Shown here piece by piece: positions 25,527 through 28,839 of a stretch of 28,839 nucleotides of DNA. The DNA is from Elusimicrobiota bacterium. Lineage in GTDB: Bacteria > Elusimicrobiota > Elusimicrobia > UBA1565 > UBA9628. How positions within the stretch are numbered: position 1 is the stretch's first letter; each line of letters starts with the position of its first letter. A model generated the notes under the pieces. The model saw nothing but the letters and a program-made list of their open reading frames with translations, did not search any database and was not told the origin of the DNA. The stretch spans positions 1-28,839 of the forward strand of contig DAHVNA010000029.1 of assembly GCA_027319565.1 (NCBI GenBank), given 5' to 3'. A program made the position numbers and the translations under genes.

Positions 25527-25942
25527 AAGAAAGCAACGGATGCAACGGAAAGACACGGAAAGTTAATGAGAGCGGCGAAGAGAGGCGATAAAGGAATTCA
25601 GGCACGAAATCGCTCCTCATTCCGGCTGCTGCCCCCGTCATTCCGGCGACCGAGCGTAGGCGAGGAAGTGCCGCTTCCAAGTCTGTTGGAGAGCGGCCGG
25701 AAGCCGGAATCTAGTTTCAAAAATTCCTGGACCCCGGCTTTCGCCGGGGTGACATCGAGCGTCTCAGCGCGCATGTCATCATCTATCATACGGCTATCAG
25801 CATCATTTTGTTCCCGCTCTTCTAACTCCTTTCCGTTACATCCGTTGCCTTCTGTTGCATCCGTTTCTTTCTGTTTCTTTCCGTTGCTTTCTTTTGCCTT
25901 CCGTTACTTGCCGTTCCGTTCCTTCGTCATTTCTTCGTGATT
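25497..25942. repeat. Composite repeat: purine array, linker module, REP with 51-bp unit (25648-25698), empty REP (25727-25753), pyrimidine array
   Basis: Same architecture as at 12.2 and 21.0 kb. The right end ttccttcgtcatttcttcgtgatt nearly matches 12673-12696. Confidence 0.88.
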
Positions 25943-25965
25943 AAAGCCCTTCTTTGTTCTATTCT
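25937..25965 (+). promoter_or_regulatory. Putative promoter GTGATT-N17-TATTCT
   Basis: Same geometry as 12691-12719, with ATG 25972 6 nt after the -10. Confidence 0.45.
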
Positions 25966-25971
25966 ATAGTT

Positions 25972-27342
25972 ATGGGTGAAAGTCCAAAAGGCTCCATCTT
26001 CGCGTCGCTCAGGGCTTTAGAGGAAGTCCCGGAAGAAACGCCTACGGCGTCCCCGGTTCAGCAAAGCGCTCCTCCCACACCGGCCCAACCCGCTCAGCCG
26101 CCGACGCCGCAACCAGCTCCTGTTACGCCTGCATCCAATGATGCTGTCAAAAGCGTGGAATCAAGAATTGAGAAAATGGAGCAAAAAATCCAGGAAATGG
26201 GAGCAGTCCCTCATTCGCCCATTCCGGACTCTCATCTTGACCGCATTGAAGCGCTTGAGAAAAAACTTCAACAAATGCAAGAACGCGCCATTCAAGCGGA
26301 AGTCGCGCTCAGAGAGCGGGAAAAATCTCAAGAAGCGGCAAGAAGAGAAACCGAAGCCCTGCTTCAAAATCTCGCAGCTCAAAGACGGCTAGAGGAATCA
26401 GATCGACAGATGAAGGAAAATCTGGCCTACTCCCGAAGACGCATCGAGGAATTGGAAGCGAAAAAGCCGGAATTTCCCACGGAAATTCCGCAAGAAGAAA
26501 TCACTCGAAAAATAGAAGAAGGGTTGCGCCCATTTTCAGAGACGCTGTCGCGTTTGGAACTTCAAGCGAAAGCCCTGCAAGAAGATGTCTATCGAAAAAC
26601 AGAAGAAGGGTTGCGCCCATTTTCAGAGGCCCTGTCGCGTTTGGAACTTCAAGCGAAAGCCCTACAAGAAGATGTCTATCGGAAAACAGAAGAAGGGTTA
26701 CGCCCATTTTCAGGGACGCTGTCACGTTTGGAACTTCAAGCGAAAGTTCTGCAAGAAGATGTCGCTCGAAAAATAGAAGAAGGGTTGCGCCCGCTTTCAG
26801 AGGCCCTGCCTCGTTTGGAACTTCAAAATGAAAATATTGGGAAAATGGGGCAAAAACTTAAAAATCTGGAAAACCGCGTTGATTCTTTTTTTGCCTATCA
26901 AGCGGAATTTACTCAAGACATCATCGAGAATCAAAAAGCCCTAGCCGCAACTAAATTCCAAGCCCAAAAGACGGAGGAGATTCTTAAAAACACTCTTGAG
27001 CAATACGCACGGTTTGAAAGCTGGTTTCGCAATCGTCCTATAGTCGCCGCACAAGCGGATTCTCTTCATCAGACTCTCTCTCATTTTAAAAAAATCAATG
27101 AACAAACCGCTGCGGCTACAAAAGAAGAACTTGATAAAATCAGTTCCGCTCTTAGCCATTTGATCGATCAAGAGAAAATGTTTGAAAGCTGGCTGGACTC
27201 ATCTCCTCTTCCCCAAAAATATTCAAATCCGGCTGTCTCCAACACTCCAGGGAAAAGCGAGGATATCGAAGAACTTGAGGAAGATTTCCAGAAAATATTA
27301 TCCGTCCTTGACTCGGGATTAAACGTCCCGCCCAACAAGTAA
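25972..27342 (+). CDS. Hypothetical cytoplasmic coiled-coil protein with Pro-rich N-terminus and 29-aa tandem repeats
   Basis: Long E/K/Q/L-rich ORF with no TM segment. ATG 25972 preferred over TTG 25954. Confidence 0.8.
   Translation: MGESPKGSIFASLRALEEVPEETPTASPVQQSAPPTPAQPAQPPTPQPAPVTPASNDAVKSVESRIEKMEQKIQEMGAVPHSPIPDSHLDRIEALEKKLQQMQERAIQAEVALREREKSQEAARRETEALLQNLAAQRRLEESDRQMKENLAYSRRRIEELEAKKPEFPTEIPQEEITRKIEEGLRPFSETLSRLELQAKALQEDVYRKTEEGLRPFSEALSRLELQAKALQEDVYRKTEEGLRPFSGTLSRLELQAKVLQEDVARKIEEGLRPLSEALPRLELQNENIGKMGQKLKNLENRVDSFFAYQAEFTQDIIENQKALAATKFQAQKTEEILKNTLEQYARFESWFRNRPIVAAQADSLHQTLSHFKKINEQTAAATKEELDKISSALSHLIDQEKMFESWLDSSPLPQKYSNPAVSNTPGKSEDIEELEEDFQKILSVLDSGLNVPPNK
26506..26826 (+). 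repeat. Intragenic 87-bp tandem repeat, ~3.7 copies
   Basis: Units start at 26506, 26593, 26680 and 26767 (RKxEEGLRPFSExLSRLELQAKALQEDVY). Confidence 0.95.
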
Positions 27343-27343
27343 A

Positions 27344-27364
27344 AAATGGGGCCTGTCCCCATTT
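27344..27364. repeat. Palindrome aaatggggcctgtccccattt (REP-like; possible terminator)
   Basis: Lies immediately after the stop at 27342. Same family as 6134/6239/11521. Confidence 0.65.
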
Positions 27365-27391
27365 CATTTGGAATTCGCTTTTCTTTCCTTA

Positions 27392-27397
27392 TATAAT
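27392..27397 (+). promoter_or_regulatory. Putative -10 box (TATAAT) for leaderless motAB transcript
   Basis: TATAAT 7 nt before ATG 27405, no SD. Confidence 0.55.
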
Positions 27398-27404
27398 AAG
27401 CAAC

Positions 27405-28142
27405 ATGGAACTAACATCAATTATCGGTCTCGGAGCAATTCTCATTTTAACCGCGATAGGCCTTGCAACCGGAGGGCTTCCCGCGGTCTTTATCAACTGG
27501 CATGGAATTGGGATTGTCATAGGGGGCACTTTCTGCGCCTTGATGATTAACACCCCGATGGATATTTTGCTTAGAACCGGAGCCTCCTTGACCGATTTAT
27601 TTTCGGCCGATCCCTATATCGATCGCCTAGGAATTATGGACGCCGTCATGTCCTTGGCCCAAGATATTCAATCCCGCGGGATGAGCGCCTTTCAAAACGT
27701 CAACAAAGCGGTCGCTTCCGGTTATTTAGCCTACGCCGCTCAAATTGCCGTTGAATATAATAATCCGGAAATTCTAAGACAGGTTCTGGAAAATGAAATC
27801 ATTCAGAACTCCGATTTGCAAAACGAGGCGGTCAACGTCTTTAGAACTGCCGGCATTTTAGCGCCCATGTTCGGCCTTTTGGGAACCTTGATTGGAATTG
27901 TCGAGGTCCTGCGCCAAATTGCCAACCCCGCTCAGGTGGGATCCGCCATGGCGGTAGCCATCACGACCGCTTTTTACGGTATCGCGATGGCCAACGTCTT
28001 TTGCGTTCCCATCGCCGGGAAACTGCGCATCAGGTATTGGAGGGAAACACAGGCCAAATCCATGATTCTCGAAGGAGTTTATGAAATTCTCCAGCGAACG
28101 CCCGCAGTCATTATTTCGCGAAAACTAAAATCCTATCTATAA
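27405..28142 (+). CDS. motA: Stator A subunit (MotA/PomA family)
   Basis: N-terminal TM pair (FIN..GIGIVIGGT), APMFGLLGTLIGIV and MAVAITTAFYG...AN...PIAGKL. Precedes motB. Confidence 0.9.
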   Translation: MELTSIIGLGAILILTAIGLATGGLPAVFINWHGIGIVIGGTFCALMINTPMDILLRTGASLTDLFSADPYIDRLGIMDAVMSLAQDIQSRGMSAFQNVNKAVASGYLAYAAQIAVEYNNPEILRQVLENEIIQNSDLQNEAVNVFRTAGILAPMFGLLGTLIGIVEVLRQIANPAQVGSAMAVAITTAFYGIAMANVFCVPIAGKLRIRYWRETQAKSMILEGVYEILQRTPAVIISRKLKSYL

Positions 28143-28145
28143 AAC

Positions 28146-28838
28146 ATGAGACGCTCGCGCCACGAGGAACTGGAAAACCAGCTCTCAAAATCCGCCCAGT
28201 GGGCCATCACCTACGGCGATTTTATGAGCTATCTCATGATTTTCTTTTTGATCATGTTCTCTTTTACCCTATCTAAATCCGGGGGGAAAACGACCGAAAA
28301 TATCAAATACCAACAATCCCTGATCAAAATTCAAAAAGTCTTCGGCGGCAAGGGCTCTTCTCTGGATTATGATCGGCTCATCAAAAGAGAAAAAGAAGAG
28401 TCCATGGTGACCCAGCTTAAACAAGCCCTCGACAAAAAGGATTTATCCAAGTACGCGAAAATAGAAACCTGGGATAAAAAAATTCGCCTTATTTTGGCCA
28501 GTGCCGTTCTCTTTGATTCCGGAAGAGCTACGCTGGCGCCGCGTTCTGAAAAGATATTGGCGGCGGTCGCCCAACAACTCAAAACCCTGGACAATCCCAT
28601 CCAAATCGAGGGCCACACCGACAACGTGCCGGTTCGCGGCGGAAAATACAAATCAAACTGGGAACTCTCTATGGCCCGCGCTTATTCCGTTTTAGTTTTC
28701 TTTCAAAAGCAGGGAATCAACCCGCAAAGATTATCCGCCATCGGCTACGGAAAATATCACCCCATCGCGGACAATAGCACTCCCGCAGGGCGGGCAAAAA
28801 ATCGTAGAATCGAAATAGATTTATTGAGGACTCAATAA
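28146..28838 (+). CDS. motB: Stator B subunit (MotB/PomB family) with OmpA-like peptidoglycan-binding domain
   Basis: TM motif WAITYGDFMSYLMIFF with the conserved Asp (D25), plus IEGHTDN, NWELSMARA and NRRIEI. Confidence 0.93.
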   Translation: MRRSRHEELENQLSKSAQWAITYGDFMSYLMIFFLIMFSFTLSKSGGKTTENIKYQQSLIKIQKVFGGKGSSLDYDRLIKREKEESMVTQLKQALDKKDLSKYAKIETWDKKIRLILASAVLFDSGRATLAPRSEKILAAVAQQLKTLDNPIQIEGHTDNVPVRGGKYKSNWELSMARAYSVLVFFQKQGINPQRLSAIGYGKYHPIADNSTPAGRAKNRRIEIDLLRTQ

Positions 28839-28839
28839 A

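Noticed and set aside
25441..25940. ORFs 25441-25680, 25566-25940 and 25598-25789
   Set aside because: They lie almost entirely within the composite repeat, and similar peptides recur at each repeat copy.
26506..26826. 87-bp repeats as CRISPR or a mobile element
   Set aside because: They are head-to-tail, in frame and spacer-free, so this is an intragenic coding repeat.
23010..28838. Ordinary flagellar operon, or a TolQR/ExbBD or Zorya-type MotAB pair
   Set aside because: No export or axial flagellar genes are present, and FliF/FliG are truncated and fused to a kinase. The B subunit has the MotB TM motif and OmpA domain, unlike TolR/ExbD. The A subunit lacks the long ZorA tail.

Overview
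Bacterial chromosomal window of roughly 50% GC. The gene content suggests an Elusimicrobiota-like diderm, but that is inference only. The left part (1-10.1 kb) is housekeeping: partial PGM/PMM, NDP-sugar pyrophosphorylase, metK, fused 3-oxoacid CoA-transferase, a Cys/Met PLP lyase, the Mg2+ P-type ATPase mgtA and an AI-2E permease. The right part (10.1-28.8 kb) is a divergent locus. On the minus strand are an atypical OmpR-type regulator, a receiver protein, a CheY-like protein and a CheC-like phosphatase. On the plus strand are a ~2770-aa beta-propeller/Ig surface protein with a T9SS-type-A/FlgD-Ig-like C-terminal domain, a PorV-like barrel with TPRs, a single ORF fusing a histidine kinase to a FliF-like ring domain and FliG M/C rotor domains, a coiled-coil protein, and motA-motB. 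No flagellar export, rod, hook or filament genes lie in the window. The main hypothesis is a non-flagellar, MotAB-driven rotary machine linked to T9SS-like surface cargo and to signalling. The intergenic regions carry a layered repeat system: inverted arrays of 9-10-bp GNAACGGAAA units, REP-like hairpins, and a 51-bp unit inserted at one fixed site of the hairpin (once nested in itself). One repeat arm appears to encode the signal peptide of the PorV-like protein. Several genes look leaderless.
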